From contig JBDRHG010000014.1 of NCBI GenBank assembly GCA_043817075.1, forward strand, positions 21,989-85,988: a stretch of DNA of 64,000 nt, given 5' to 3'. A program made the position numbers and the translations under genes. Positions 10,477 through 20,082 of this stretch are shown one piece after another (the stretch's first letter is position 1; each line of letters starts with the position of its first letter). The notes under the pieces were generated by a model that was given only the letters and a program-made list of their open reading frames with translations, did not search any database and was not told the origin of the DNA. Source of the DNA: an archaeon. GTDB taxonomy: Archaea > Nanobdellota > Nanobdellia > Woesearchaeales > JAADFO01.

Positions 10477-12051
10477 CTAATCAGCAGGAATATTTTGCAC
10501 TGAGAATACAGAGAGGAGTTTCTCTACGACTTTCGCGCGCGCGATAGGATGGAATCTCATGCTGGCTGCGCGCGCATGACCTCCGCCTTCGATGCCTGCA
10601 TGAGGCAACGCTCCCTTCAATGAGACCATGATGGCATTGGCGTCGAAATCGAGCTGCTTCGAGAAACGGAAGGTGACGATATCATCTCCTAAACCTAGAG
10701 CGACCACCGGCATCCCAGTCTCATCCTCCACGGCGTCGCGGACCATGGACACCACCTTCGACGGTGTCGGAAAGTCTGAACGCGAGACCATGCCATAGCT
10801 ATCCAAGGTCACGAGGAGATAATTCTCCCGTTCTGCGACCGTCTCATATTCACGGGCATCGGCGAGCAGCTGTTCTTTGCGACGCGAGAGGCGTTTGAAG
10901 ATGCTCTCCACCAACCGATCCATGGCCTCGTCTCCAGGCGAGAGCAGACGGTCCATGTAGGTACGGCCTTCGATGAATTTCAGCGTATGCGTCTCGAAAT
11001 CAAGGACATCGGCACGCATCGCCAGATGCGCTTCGTCGATCTCGGCGGACGCGAGCTTGACGATCGCATCCCGCTCCTCGCCTTCACAACGGTCGGCGAT
11101 CGCGGCGACGGCGGCGATAAGGACAAGACCTTCTGTCTTGTCATTGATGAAGCGCGCGAGCTCTGCGCAGAGCATGCCTGCGGAGATCGATGAATCGCCT
11201 CCGACGAGATGAGGATTGATATGGACCTTGACGAAGCTGTCGGCCGCGACTTTACCTTCTACGAGTTCGCCAGGATCGTGATGGTCGAGCACGATGATGT
11301 CGCAATCGACCGCATGCACCTTCTCCAGAGCCGGCAGGTCCTCGTCTGTCGACCCGTTGTCAGTGACGATTACGAGCGGCCGTTTTGAGCCGAATCTCAC
11401 TTCGTCATCCAGCATGAAAGCCACATCTTTCGACGCATCCTCATAGCTGTAGAACGGAGTGCGGCTCGGGGAGCGTTTGTAGAGCCGGAAGCCAGCACCC
11501 TTGTCATCATGCTGGTCGCAGATCATCGGGATGACGGCACGTTCGATCGCGACCGCGGCGCAGTAACCATCAGCGTCACCATGGTGGCGGACGATGATGG
11601 GCCGTCGGTCCATGACGGCGGTACGTATCATCCTCGCAGCACCGGCGAAACGTTCGCGCATCTTCTCGAGGATGCCGGACTTAGTGAGGAAAGGAGGAGA
11701 GAAGGGCTCTGCCCGAGAGGCCTTTCTTTCCTTGACCGCTGACTCGAGCTGCTTGGCCTGGTCATCGCCGAGCTGTGCATACTCCTTGAGCTCGCCCTCG
11801 AGAGAATTGTTGTACTCACGCACCAAGAATGTCGCTGAGATCGCCATGCCCTTCGCAAGCTCAGGATGTGCACGGTCACCCGCCTTGCCTGAGAAGCTCT
11901 TTGCCTGGATGGTGCTGGTGGCGTCACTGAGCGTGAACACCGTCGGCCCTTTTGTCTGACGGATGCCGGTGATGAGACAGGACGCTGACACGGTCTTGCC
12001 CAAATCCTCCGAGGATATGCTTCCTAATCCCTTGACCTGAGGAGACTCCAT
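10477..12051 (-). CDS. RecJ-like DHH/DHHA1 phosphoesterase with N-terminal OB fold
   Basis: DHH-family motifs VRHHGDADGY, VTDNG, VLDHHDP, and DHHA1 GGGHARAAS. The N-terminal roughly 110 aa look OB-fold-like. Confidence 0.75.
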   Translation of the reverse strand: MESPQVKGLGSISSEDLGKTVSASCLITGIRQTKGPTVFTLSDATSTIQAKSFSGKAGDRAHPELAKGMAISATFLVREYNNSLEGELKEYAQLGDDQAKQLESAVKERKASRAEPFSPPFLTKSGILEKMRERFAGAARMIRTAVMDRRPIIVRHHGDADGYCAAVAIERAVIPMICDQHDDKGAGFRLYKRSPSRTPFYSYEDASKDVAFMLDDEVRFGSKRPLVIVTDNGSTDEDLPALEKVHAVDCDIIVLDHHDPGELVEGKVAADSFVKVHINPHLVGGDSSISAGMLCAELARFINDKTEGLVLIAAVAAIADRCEGEERDAIVKLASAEIDEAHLAMRADVLDFETHTLKFIEGRTYMDRLLSPGDEAMDRLVESIFKRLSRRKEQLLADAREYETVAERENYLLVTLDSYGMVSRSDFPTPSKVVSMVRDAVEDETGMPVVALGLGDDIVTFRFSKQLDFDANAIMVSLKGALPHAGIEGGGHARAASMRFHPIARAKVVEKLLSVFSVQNIPAD

Positions 12052-12057
12052 ACTTGA

Positions 12058-12507
12058 TCACCCCTCCAATGCGCTGATCTTACCGATGCGTCTAATATGG
12101 CGTTCGCCGTCGGCGACCGGTGTAGAGAGGAATAGCTTGGCCAACGAGACACCCTCATCTTCGTTGATGACACGCGCGCCCAGGCAGAGGACATTGGCGC
12201 CGTTGTGCTCGCGGGCGACTTTTGCGGTGTACTCATCATGGACCACTGCAGCCCTGATACCTTTGAGCTTGTTCGCCGCCATCGACATGCCTATGCCTGT
12301 TCCGCAGAACAGCATGCCGACAGATTCCGGGTCTGCTGCGACTGCGACGCCTACCTTCTCCGCGAAGTCAGGATAGTCACACGATTCCTCGCTGTCTGTG
12401 CCATGGTCGATGACAGTCAAGCCGTCCTGTTCAAGGGCGGTCTTGACTGACTCTTTCAATTTGAAAGCTGCGTGGTCGGATCCGATGTGGATAGTCTTGT
12501 TCGTCAT
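12058..12507 (-). CDS. rpiB: ribose-5-phosphate isomerase B
   Basis: IGSDHAAFKLKE, CGTGIGMSMAANK and the ARVI region match RpiB/LacAB. 149 aa. Confidence 0.85.
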   Translation of the reverse strand: MTNKTIHIGSDHAAFKLKESVKTALEQDGLTVIDHGTDSEESCDYPDFAEKVGVAVAADPESVGMLFCGTGIGMSMAANKLKGIRAAVVHDEYTAKVAREHNGANVLCLGARVINEDEGVSLAKLFLSTPVADGERHIRRIGKISALEG

Positions 12508-12614
12508 GATGCATCAACCTTCGCTTCTTGATTTATTTTCCCCAATAACAATAGGTCAATTTTATTGATACCGATATTGATATTTTGATATTCTTAGCCG
12601 AGGCCAATAGCTTC

Positions 12615-12887
12615 TCAATCGAAACGCCAGGCCGGATGGCCCCAGGCCAGGAGCAGATCGACGCCTAGAGCCTTGGTCTCGACCGGTACGTCACAGCTGC
12701 CATAACAGGAGCCTAGCCAGAGCAACACTTCGGCGTCAGTCTCCTTCTCGATGGCTGCCTGGATCTCTTCGGCCGCGGGTTTGAGCCCGTCGGGAAGCTG
12801 AATAAGCACTTTCTTGGCACCGGTGGACTTGATCTCATCCACGGCACGGCCTATCTCCAGGTCATACTGCAAGTCTGCTGCATGCAT
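12615..12887 (-). pseudogene. dph2: dph2 (2-(3-amino-3-carboxypropyl)histidine synthase) N-terminal fragment, about 90 aa only
   Basis: DLEIGRAVDEIKSTGAKKVLIQLPDGLKPAAEEI...CYGSCDV...LGVDLLLAWGHP matches the first ~85 residues of archaeal Dph2, including the first conserved Cys region. It stops at WRFD*. The following 107 nt are AT-rich promoter-like DNA in front of rpiB, with no continuation in any frame. Confidence 0.55.
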
Positions 12888-12993
12888 AGGATGAAGGAGT
12901 CTCCGGACATTATAAATAGCTTGCGAAACCAGAGATGGAAGGCAACCAGCATGCGACGAAACCCATAAAAACAACTGGATCTTCCCAGAAATC

Positions 12994-13323
12994 ATGACAT
13001 GGGAAGTGCTCATCGACATCATCATCTTCGTAGGATCAGCGATACCGCTCTATCTGGCGGCAAACTTCCTCGGAGGAAAAGCTAGCCTCCTCAAGACGCT
13101 TCTCGTCGCATTCGTCACCGGCATCATCGTCGGGTTCATCCGCAGCCAATTCCAGTTCTTCGGAGGCATCATCGCATTCTTCCTCCTCATCTGGATCTAT
13201 CACGAGATGTTCCGGATCACCTGGCTCAAATCGTTCTTCGTCTGGCTGCTCCAGTTCCTCATCGTGCTGATGTTCTACCTGATCCTGGCATTCTTCCGTC
13301 TAGGGACCAGTTTCATATCATGA
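12994..13323 (+). CDS. hypothetical small membrane protein
   Basis: 109 aa with 3-4 hydrophobic spans. No recognisable family. Confidence 0.5.
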   Translation: MTWEVLIDIIIFVGSAIPLYLAANFLGGKASLLKTLLVAFVTGIIVGFIRSQFQFFGGIIAFFLLIWIYHEMFRITWLKSFFVWLLQFLIVLMFYLILAFFRLGTSFIS

Positions 13324-13379
13324 GAATGCAGAGGGATAATTGGGATCCGAAGTAGGATATCAATAACATATCTACCGTC

Positions 13380-13802
13380 CTATTTGATTCGCTCGAGGAC
13401 GATAGCAGGACAAATACGGGTGACGCCCGGCAATTCCTCGACGCGCTTGACGAAGACCTGCAGGTCGGCGGATGACCCGAACCAGCATTCGATCATCAGC
13501 ATATGGTCGCCTGTAGTGGAGAAGATGCTGAGAGGCTCTTCCATCGCTTTGAGCTGCTCTATGGTCGGAATATAGGCTGACGGCTCTGCATCCAGGCCGA
13601 TGAGGGTCCGCATCGAATAGCCGAGCTTACGGGGATCGATCTCGGCTGAGTACCGGATGATGACCCCATCGTCCTCGAGTTTGTGCATGCGTTTGCGGAT
13701 CGCGGTCTCCGTGACGTCGAAATCGCGGGCGAGCTGGCTATACGAGGCTCTGCTATCCCGCATTAAGCGGCGTACCAACTCTAAGTCTGAAATCCGAACC
13801 AT
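13380..13802 (-). CDS. Lrp/AsnC family transcriptional regulator
   Basis: N-terminal HTH (SYSQLARDFDVTETAIRKRMHKLEDDGVI) plus a C-terminal RAM/AsnC_trans_reg-like domain. 140 aa. Confidence 0.85.
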   Translation of the reverse strand: MVRISDLELVRRLMRDSRASYSQLARDFDVTETAIRKRMHKLEDDGVIIRYSAEIDPRKLGYSMRTLIGLDAEPSAYIPTIEQLKAMEEPLSIFSTTGDHMLMIECWFGSSADLQVFVKRVEELPGVTRICPAIVLERIK

Positions 13803-13945
13803 AAAGTTTATATATCTGAACTAATTTATATTCTTTTCGGAAGAATAGAGGGGGATTCTGAACATAGTACGTCAAAGATGTGCTGTCCATTCTTGATCAG
13901 CCATCCGGCATCGACACTAATAAACATGTCAAGGAGGCAAAGAAA

Positions 13946-14509
13946 ATGGTTGCAATCGGAGAGAAAATTCCAGATATCGAATTCGAAGCATTTTATGAGA
14001 ATGACACCAAGAAGATGAAGCTGTCTGACTTCAAGGGCAAATGGCTCGTGCTCGCCTTCTATCCGGCAGATTTCACTTTCGTCTGCCCCACTGAGCTCGA
14101 AGAGCTCGCGGACATGTATGAAGAGTTCAAGAAGACCGGCACCGAGATCGTCAGCGTCAGCACCGACACCGTCTTCGTCCATAAGGCCTGGCATGACAAT
14201 TCCAAGGCCATCGGCAAGATCACGTATCCCATGGCAGCCGACCCCACAGGCAAGCTCTGCCGAGCGTTCGGGACCTATCTCGAGGACGAGGGCCTGTCCC
14301 TGAGGGGCACATTCATCATCGACCCTGACGGCGGCCTGATGGCCATGGATATCCATGACAATAGCATCGGCAGGAGCGGTGGAGAGATCCTTCGCAAGCT
14401 CCAGGCGTCGCAGTTCGTCAAGCAGCATAAGGGCGAGGTCTGTCCGGCGAGCTGGAAACCGGGCGGCAAGACCCTCAAACCGGGCCTCGACCTGGTCGGC
14501 AAGATCTAG
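13946..14509 (+). CDS. 2-Cys peroxiredoxin (AhpC/Prx1 type)
   Basis: Peroxidatic Cys motif DFTFVCPTE and resolving Cys EVCPASW. AAGGAGG lies 8 nt upstream of the chosen ATG. Confidence 0.9.
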   Translation: MVAIGEKIPDIEFEAFYENDTKKMKLSDFKGKWLVLAFYPADFTFVCPTELEELADMYEEFKKTGTEIVSVSTDTVFVHKAWHDNSKAIGKITYPMAADPTGKLCRAFGTYLEDEGLSLRGTFIIDPDGGLMAMDIHDNSIGRSGGEILRKLQASQFVKQHKGEVCPASWKPGGKTLKPGLDLVGKI

Positions 14510-14563
14510 ATCGGCATACACCTACGAAAACAAAGCTACCACTCAACCCACGAGGTGAAAGAT

Positions 14564-15169
14564 ATGGCACAATTAGAACCATTACCGTATGATTATGATG
14601 CGTTGGAACCGCATATCGACGAAGAGACTATGAGGATCCACCACGACAAACACCACCAAGCATACTTCGACAAGTATCTCGCTGCGATCGAGGGCCACCC
14701 TGAACTCAAGGACGCCGACGCAGCTGGGCTGCTCAAGGACCTCCCCAAGGTCCCCGAAGCCATCCGTGCCGCGGTCCGCAACAACGGCGGTGGCTACGTC
14801 AACCACGCCTTCTTCTGGAAGGTGCTCAAGAAGGATATCCCTTTCGAAGGCGTGGTGGCTGATGCGATCACCGAGCAGCTCGGAGGTCTCGAGAGTTTCA
14901 AGGAGAAGTTCTCAGCGGCCGCCGCAGGCCAGTTCGGAAGCGGATGGGCATGGCTCGTCGTCGACGGATCAGGAAAGCTAGAGATCATGTCCACGCCAAA
15001 TCAGGACACGCCGCTATCAGAAGGCAAGTCCCCGCTCATCGCGCTGGATGTCTGGGAGCATGCATATTATCTCAAATACCAGAACAAGAGACCAGCCTAT
15101 ATCGAAGCATTTTTTAATGTCATCGACTGGACCGAGGTAAACGAGCTCTTCGTCGAGGCGACGAAGTAG
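14564..15169 (+). CDS. sod: Fe/Mn superoxide dismutase
   Basis: LPYDYDALEPHI, HHDKHH, GSGWAWL and DVWEHAYY are canonical Fe/Mn-SOD motifs. Confidence 0.9.
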   Translation: MAQLEPLPYDYDALEPHIDEETMRIHHDKHHQAYFDKYLAAIEGHPELKDADAAGLLKDLPKVPEAIRAAVRNNGGGYVNHAFFWKVLKKDIPFEGVVADAITEQLGGLESFKEKFSAAAAGQFGSGWAWLVVDGSGKLEIMSTPNQDTPLSEGKSPLIALDVWEHAYYLKYQNKRPAYIEAFFNVIDWTEVNELFVEATK

Positions 15170-15214
15170 CCCATAGACCAATGTTATCGACGCTACTACG
15201 CGAGGTGGAATAAA

Positions 15215-15718
15215 ATGGCAGCCATAAGCAAGAAGATGGAAACAGCGATCAGTCAGCAGATCAATGCGGAGCTCTACTCATCATACATGTATCTCTCCAT
15301 GTCCGCATACTTCGAGGCAAACAACCTCAAAGGCATGGCTATGTGGATGCGTAAACAGGCAGAAGAAGAGGTCGCGCATGCGATGAAGTTCTTCGATTAT
15401 GTCTTCTCAAGAGGAGGGACAGCCGACGTCGGAAAGGCAATCGAGAAACCCCCGGTCAAATGGGCTTCACCTTTGGCCGTTTTCGAGGCGGGCTACAAGC
15501 ATGAGAAGCTTGTGACATCCTTGATTGACAAACTGGTCGATCTCGCCGTCAAGGAGAAGGACCATGCTTCGCAGTCATTCCTCAGATGGTATGTCGACGA
15601 GCAGGTCGAAGAGGAAGACAATGCGCTCTCCGTCATCGAGAGGATCAAGATGGTCAAGGGATCGTCCCAAGGCATGCTCCTTATCGACAAAGAGCTCGGA
15701 GCGCGCGGTGCGCAGTGA
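15215..15718 (+). CDS. ferritin (non-haem)
   Basis: INAELYSSYMYLSMSAYF ... EEEVAHAMKFFDY ... EQVEEE carry the ferroxidase-centre residues. 167 aa. Confidence 0.85.
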   Translation: MAAISKKMETAISQQINAELYSSYMYLSMSAYFEANNLKGMAMWMRKQAEEEVAHAMKFFDYVFSRGGTADVGKAIEKPPVKWASPLAVFEAGYKHEKLVTSLIDKLVDLAVKEKDHASQSFLRWYVDEQVEEEDNALSVIERIKMVKGSSQGMLLIDKELGARGAQ

Positions 15719-15760
15719 TTATTTCTTTTCTCTTTTCTTTATCTCTTTTTTTAAATCTGT
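15719..15760 (+). terminator. oligo-T tract after the ferritin gene
   Basis: TTATTTCTTTTCTCTTTTCTTTATCTCTTTTTTTAAAT follows directly after the stop. Archaeal termination typically uses T-runs. Confidence 0.45.
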
Positions 15761-15973
15761 CTGGACGAACTTTGTCTAACCCATGCACATAGGAGCCCTT
15801 CAGCGGTCCGATCCGCTGAGAAGAATCCGCTTCGACCGGAAAATAACACCCATCATTCTTTTTCCTTTTCGTCTTTCCTGATTATACGGACAGTTGGGGG
15901 ACTAGCCGGATCATTTCCGGTTGCGCCGAGATAAACCAGTTGTTATGATCCCGCCAACTCATTATTGGTTGTG

Positions 15974-17128
15974 ATGGGGCTCACGTCAAGGATATGGCAA
16001 TGGTGGCATCTCGCCACAGGAAAAGATTATCAAGTAACTGAGAGAAATCGCGCGATAGCCCACCGACTCATATCAGAGATGGGAACAGACGCGATAAAAC
16101 AGGATCGTCGATCCCAAAAGACTCTCAAGGAGCGCATCAATACATCCATCAGCGATACAGAAGCGGCTATCCAGCTCTACCAGCTCCATGACGATGGAAA
16201 CCAACTCGAACAGGACATCTCGCATATCAAGGAGCAGATAAAGGTCGCCACCAAGGATACAGGCATTCTCAGGAAGGGCATGATGATCCCTGAAGCGAGG
16301 TCCGAGCAGTATGCTGATCGTCTTGTGGAAACGATACTACCGACCATGGTCGCAAAGGATGTGGGCCGCATCCGATCGGGAGAGAGACAAGACAACCGAT
16401 CCACATATGATTCCTTTGTCGGTCAGCTCACCTACAAGCAGCAAGACAGACTCGATCGTGCAGAACGTATGGCCATGAACAACCTGCTGAGACCTGATCA
16501 GAAGAGGTTGGAGGAGATATTAAATGACTCGGATATATCCTCATCCGGTATCCGTCACCATGTCAAGTCCATGGCCTCGCAATATGTCGATGATATCGCG
16601 GTCCAGACAAACCTCCATCCGAACGATAAAGGCGACACGGACGCATACATCTCGCTTTTCAGAAACAACAATCCCCATCGCGGGGAGCTGCGAGCGCTGC
16701 TCAGATGGTATGACACCATCAAATGGTCGTCAGGTAAGGGAAACAAAAAGAAGACACAGTCCATCGCGGATTATGTGAGTGAGCTCACCAGCACCCGATC
16801 CCCTGAGAAGAGCAGAGGATCGCTCGGCATCACCATGTATCTCGATGCGATACATCAATACGTGGTCGAAGGCAGGATACCGCCGCGGATCGCCCGTCGG
16901 CGTCGTGCCTATGATGCGCTCACGACCATCTACTCCGGCATCAGTGGTCCGACCGTAGGCAATGGAGGATCCGGATTCGTCGATCGCGTGCGTAAAAGCG
17001 CTCCATGGACATATCTGGCCGATGCGTTAGGGAAGAAACGACAGGGAACCGAATTCTACAGGGGAACCGATCAATCAATGCTCAACCGCGGGAGAATCTT
17101 GGACTCTGTCCGCTTGAGATGCTCTTGA
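15974..17128 (+). CDS. hypothetical soluble protein (no recognisable domain)
   Basis: Long ORF with normal composition, no TM spans and no motif I can name. Its 3' end overlaps the convergent HTH gene by 58 nt. Confidence 0.4.
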   Translation: MGLTSRIWQWWHLATGKDYQVTERNRAIAHRLISEMGTDAIKQDRRSQKTLKERINTSISDTEAAIQLYQLHDDGNQLEQDISHIKEQIKVATKDTGILRKGMMIPEARSEQYADRLVETILPTMVAKDVGRIRSGERQDNRSTYDSFVGQLTYKQQDRLDRAERMAMNNLLRPDQKRLEEILNDSDISSSGIRHHVKSMASQYVDDIAVQTNLHPNDKGDTDAYISLFRNNNPHRGELRALLRWYDTIKWSSGKGNKKKTQSIADYVSELTSTRSPEKSRGSLGITMYLDAIHQYVVEGRIPPRIARRRRAYDALTTIYSGISGPTVGNGGSGFVDRVRKSAPWTYLADALGKKRQGTEFYRGTDQSMLNRGRILDSVRLRCS

Positions 17129-17730
17129 AATGTCGCGATCGAGACACCAGACATCTTCGCGAGATGTGCCAGATGGATCTTTTTGGGGATGTCATAGTAT
17201 CCAAGTTCGACAGCAAGTCCGAACGCCCGTTTCTGGCGCGCCGTCACATCCGGCATGATGGCAGGGAAGCAGATATTATTGAGGGAGACCTCCTTGAGCT
17301 GACCGATCTCGCAATGGTCATAGCCCTTGGCCGAAACATCCTCGATAAAAGAAGACAAGACGTCACGTGAGAAACTCGCCACCTCCCATCGCTCGAGTCC
17401 CATCTTGTCGACATAGATCGGCTTCGAGTAGAACATACGCGGATTGAAGAGACTGTAGGGGCTGCGCTCAGAGGTCTTTCCGACGAAGAAGATGGTGTCC
17501 TTGTCGATCTCTAGATCCGACACACGCCGATCGGCCTTGAGGTCTTCGAGGAAAGCCTTGACCGCATCAGCATCCCCTTCTAGTGTATGACGCTCAGAAG
17601 TACAACTCGTCCGTCCCTCCTGCCAATTCCCCAAGGTCATCAGATGGGAAACCACACCGAAGCGGCGGCAAAGCTCTGCGATGATCGAGTCATGCCGTAT
17701 CTTTATCTTGACAACCCACATCTCATGCAT
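17071..17730 (-). CDS. HTH_10 (bacterio-opsin-activator-type) DNA-binding protein
   Basis: The C-terminal LTARQKRAFGLAVELGYYDIPKKIHLAHLAKMSGVSIATFQEHLKRTESKIL matches the Bat-type HTH_10 domain. Confidence 0.6.
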   Translation of the reverse strand: MHEMWVVKIKIRHDSIIAELCRRFGVVSHLMTLGNWQEGRTSCTSERHTLEGDADAVKAFLEDLKADRRVSDLEIDKDTIFFVGKTSERSPYSLFNPRMFYSKPIYVDKMGLERWEVASFSRDVLSSFIEDVSAKGYDHCEIGQLKEVSLNNICFPAIMPDVTARQKRAFGLAVELGYYDIPKKIHLAHLAKMSGVSIATFQEHLKRTESKILPRLSID

Positions 17731-17814
17731 GCTATACCCGATCCCTATAAAAAAGTTGTTCTATGGGTGACTGTCCACCGAAAAGATTAATAACGTCAGA
17801 GCGTGCCACCAATC

Positions 17815-18432
17815 ATGCTGACTGTCGCGCAGATGCGGGAACTTGAGGATCTCTCAGAGCAGAATGGTGTCTCGAGGGCACAGCTCATGCAGAACGCGGG
17901 CAGAGCAGCAGCGGACATGATCAAGGAACGCTATCCCGATGCATCCTCCTCGGCCTTGGTGGTCAGCTACCATGGCAACAATGGAGGCGACGGGTTCGTG
18001 GTCGCGAGGCATCTCGGCGCAGATGTGCTGTTCTTGGGGGACGAGAACAAGCTCAAGCCAGAGGCCAGGTCGGCATGGGATGCACTCGACAAGCGACGGA
18101 TCATCTCCGACATGGAGAAAGTCACATGGGACCGATACGCCCTGCTCGTCGATTCACTGCTCGGCACCGGCACAGCAGGGCCCCTTCAAGGAGTTCTCGC
18201 AGCGGCTGTGCAACGCATGAATAACCATCCGGCTCCGATCATATCTCTTGATGTCCCGACCGGCGTCGATCCTGACGCAGGCGATTCTTCCGGCGACACG
18301 ATCAAGGCCGATCTCATCATCACATTCCATGATACCAAACCAGGCCTCGTAGCCTTCAAGAATATCTGCACCATAGTTGATATCGGCATCCCTGCAGAGG
18401 CGATAGCGCAATGGCAACTGAAACAACAGTGA
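17815..18432 (+). CDS. nnrE: NAD(P)H-hydrate epimerase (YjeF N-terminal domain)
   Basis: LMQNAGRAAA, GNNGGDGFVVARHL and LLGTGT match the YjeF_N domain. Confidence 0.8.
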   Translation: MLTVAQMRELEDLSEQNGVSRAQLMQNAGRAAADMIKERYPDASSSALVVSYHGNNGGDGFVVARHLGADVLFLGDENKLKPEARSAWDALDKRRIISDMEKVTWDRYALLVDSLLGTGTAGPLQGVLAAAVQRMNNHPAPIISLDVPTGVDPDAGDSSGDTIKADLIITFHDTKPGLVAFKNICTIVDIGIPAEAIAQWQLKQQ

Positions 18433-19256
18433 TAAGGATAACGAAACAGCTTGTCAAGAAGGCTCTGCCTCTCCGCGACAGAGGTGCGCATAAGGGTGAC
18501 TTCGGCCGCGTGCTCATCATAGGCGGTTCTGAGGACTACGCCGGTGCCCCCATCATGGCGGCGTTAGGCATCGCCGCGCTCCGCGGAGGAGCTGACCTCG
18601 TCACCCTTTCCTGTCCGTCCAAGGTGTCATGGGCAGCCAATGCCCTCATCCCCGACCTCATCACAGTGAAACTGTCTGGGAAGGTTATCGGACCGACCCA
18701 TCTCGACAGGCTCCGCAGGCTCGCAGCACGGAGCGATGTCATTCTCATCGGACCAGGCATGGGAAGACATCCCGGAGGGTCTCGAGTCGTCAGCGCGTTA
18801 CTCCGACTGCCGAAACGCAAGGTCGTGGATGCGGATGCTATAAAACTTGCGAGATTGCAAGACGCAAGAGAGACGCTATTCACTCCTCACCTTAAAGAGT
18901 ATGCACTCCTGCTCGAGCGAAGCGGACTATCCAGACAGGACATCCCCAGGAAGCTCGGCACCAATACGATCCTCCTCAAAGGGAAAGAAGACAGCATCCT
19001 CTCCTTGACCGAACAGGCGACGTGTAGAGGGGGAAGTCCGGGCATGACGAAAGGCGGCACAGGAGATGTGCTGGCAGGTCTCTGTGCAGGACTGCTCGCA
19101 AGCAACGATTCTTGTTCCCTGTTCCATGCGGCATGCGCCGCCTCCTATCTCAACAAGCGTGCGGGTGAGATGCTGGAGAACACACGCGGCCAAGGCATGT
19201 TGGCTTCAGAGCTGCCTGCAATGGTTGCAAGAATCATAAAGAAGGAATTTTCTTGA
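18411..19256 (+). CDS. nnrD: ADP-dependent NAD(P)H-hydrate dehydratase (YjeF C-terminal, carbohydrate kinase fold)
   Basis: HKGDFGRVLIIGGSEDYAGAP and GMTKGGTGDVLAG. Overlaps nnrE by 22 nt. Confidence 0.8.
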   Translation: MATETTVIRITKQLVKKALPLRDRGAHKGDFGRVLIIGGSEDYAGAPIMAALGIAALRGGADLVTLSCPSKVSWAANALIPDLITVKLSGKVIGPTHLDRLRRLAARSDVILIGPGMGRHPGGSRVVSALLRLPKRKVVDADAIKLARLQDARETLFTPHLKEYALLLERSGLSRQDIPRKLGTNTILLKGKEDSILSLTEQATCRGGSPGMTKGGTGDVLAGLCAGLLASNDSCSLFHAACAASYLNKRAGEMLENTRGQGMLASELPAMVARIIKKEFS

Positions 19257-19269
19257 TGGACTAAAGTCC

Positions 19270-20082
19270 CTAGCGTACACAAGCCTTTTTCATCTTTATG
19301 ATGAACGACTCAAGCGCTTTCTTGTCCGAGGACTGTTGTCCCATCAGATCGATGATTGCCGAACCGCAGATGACGCCGTCGGCTCCGGCTGCTGTCATGG
19401 ACTTGGCATGTTCAGGTTTGCTGATGCCAAAACCCACACAAAGAGGTAGGTCGGTCTTCTTCCGTAGCCCCGTAAGCATACCTGCTATACCGGCAGACAA
19501 CTCAGTCCGCGCACCTGTCACACCGACGGCGGACACTATATAGATGAAACCGGTCGTGCTGTCGATGATACTCGACAAGCGGCGAGGCGTGGTGAGTTCA
19601 GTGACGATGAAGACCGTGTCCAATCCATTCGCTTTTGCGGCAGCGACGAACGCATCGGCCTCTTCGACCGGCATGTCAGGGATGAGCACAGAATTGACGC
19701 CGGCAGACGCGCAATCTTCACAGAAAGCGTCGATACCGCGTTGGTAGACCAGATTTGCGTAGACGAGGAGGCCGATTGGCACATCAGTGAGCTCGCGGAT
19801 GTCCGTAATCATGGAGAAACAATCCGCAACAGTGATTCCCGCGTCCAATGCAGCGGTATCCGCATGTTGTATGGTCGGACCGTCTGCTATCGGATCCGAG
19901 AACGGAAACCCCAACTCCAGCATGTCGGCTCCTGAATCGATCATCCGTCTGATCATATCGATACTTCTCTTCCGATCAGGGAATCCCAGGACAGCGAAGG
20001 GCATGAACGCTGCGCGATCAGCAGAACGTGCGAAGCCATCAGCATAGGTCTGTCGACCAGATTCAGTTCCCATGCTGCACAC
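19270..20082 (-). CDS. trpA: tryptophan synthase alpha chain
   Basis: [18 protein letters not shown] and GFGISKPEH. Last gene of the trp operon. Confidence 0.9.
   Translation of the reverse strand: MCSMGTESGRQTYADGFARSADRAAFMPFAVLGFPDRKRSIDMIRRMIDSGADMLELGFPFSDPIADGPTIQHADTAALDAGITVADCFSMITDIRELTDVPIGLLVYANLVYQRGIDAFCEDCASAGVNSVLIPDMPVEEADAFVAAAKANGLDTVFIVTELTTPRRLSSIIDSTTGFIYIVSAVGVTGARTELSAGIAGMLTGLRKKTDLPLCVGFGISKPEHAKSMTAAGADGVICGSAIIDLMGQQSSDKKALESFIIKMKKACVR

Noticed and set aside
12563-12592. Three TTGATA(T) repeats upstream of rpiB as possible origin-recognition boxes or an operator array.
   Set aside because: They are short, AT-rich and irregularly spaced (12 and 8 nt) within an ordinary promoter region. 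There is no orc1/cdc6 nearby, and the pattern cannot be told apart from chance by eye.
13826-14521. Long antisense or alternative-frame ORFs in the track. Examples: 13826-14521(-), 22938-23780(+), 26181-27032(+), 34149-35264(-), 40149-40886(-), 42443-43063(-), 43403-44230(-), 49094-49993(-), 62986-63468(-).
   Set aside because: Each lies fully inside a gene with strong family motifs on the other strand or frame. Their translations are low-complexity (Arg/Ser/Pro/Gly-rich or Asp/His/Val-rich), as is typical of shadow ORFs in GC-rich coding DNA.
15795-15870. A TPP-riboswitch-like CUGAGA element in the gap after ferritin.
   Set aside because: CUGAGA is present, but the pyrophosphate-sensor part (ACCUGAUCUGGAUAAUGCCAGCG-like) is absent. 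The downstream gene also has no thiamine link.
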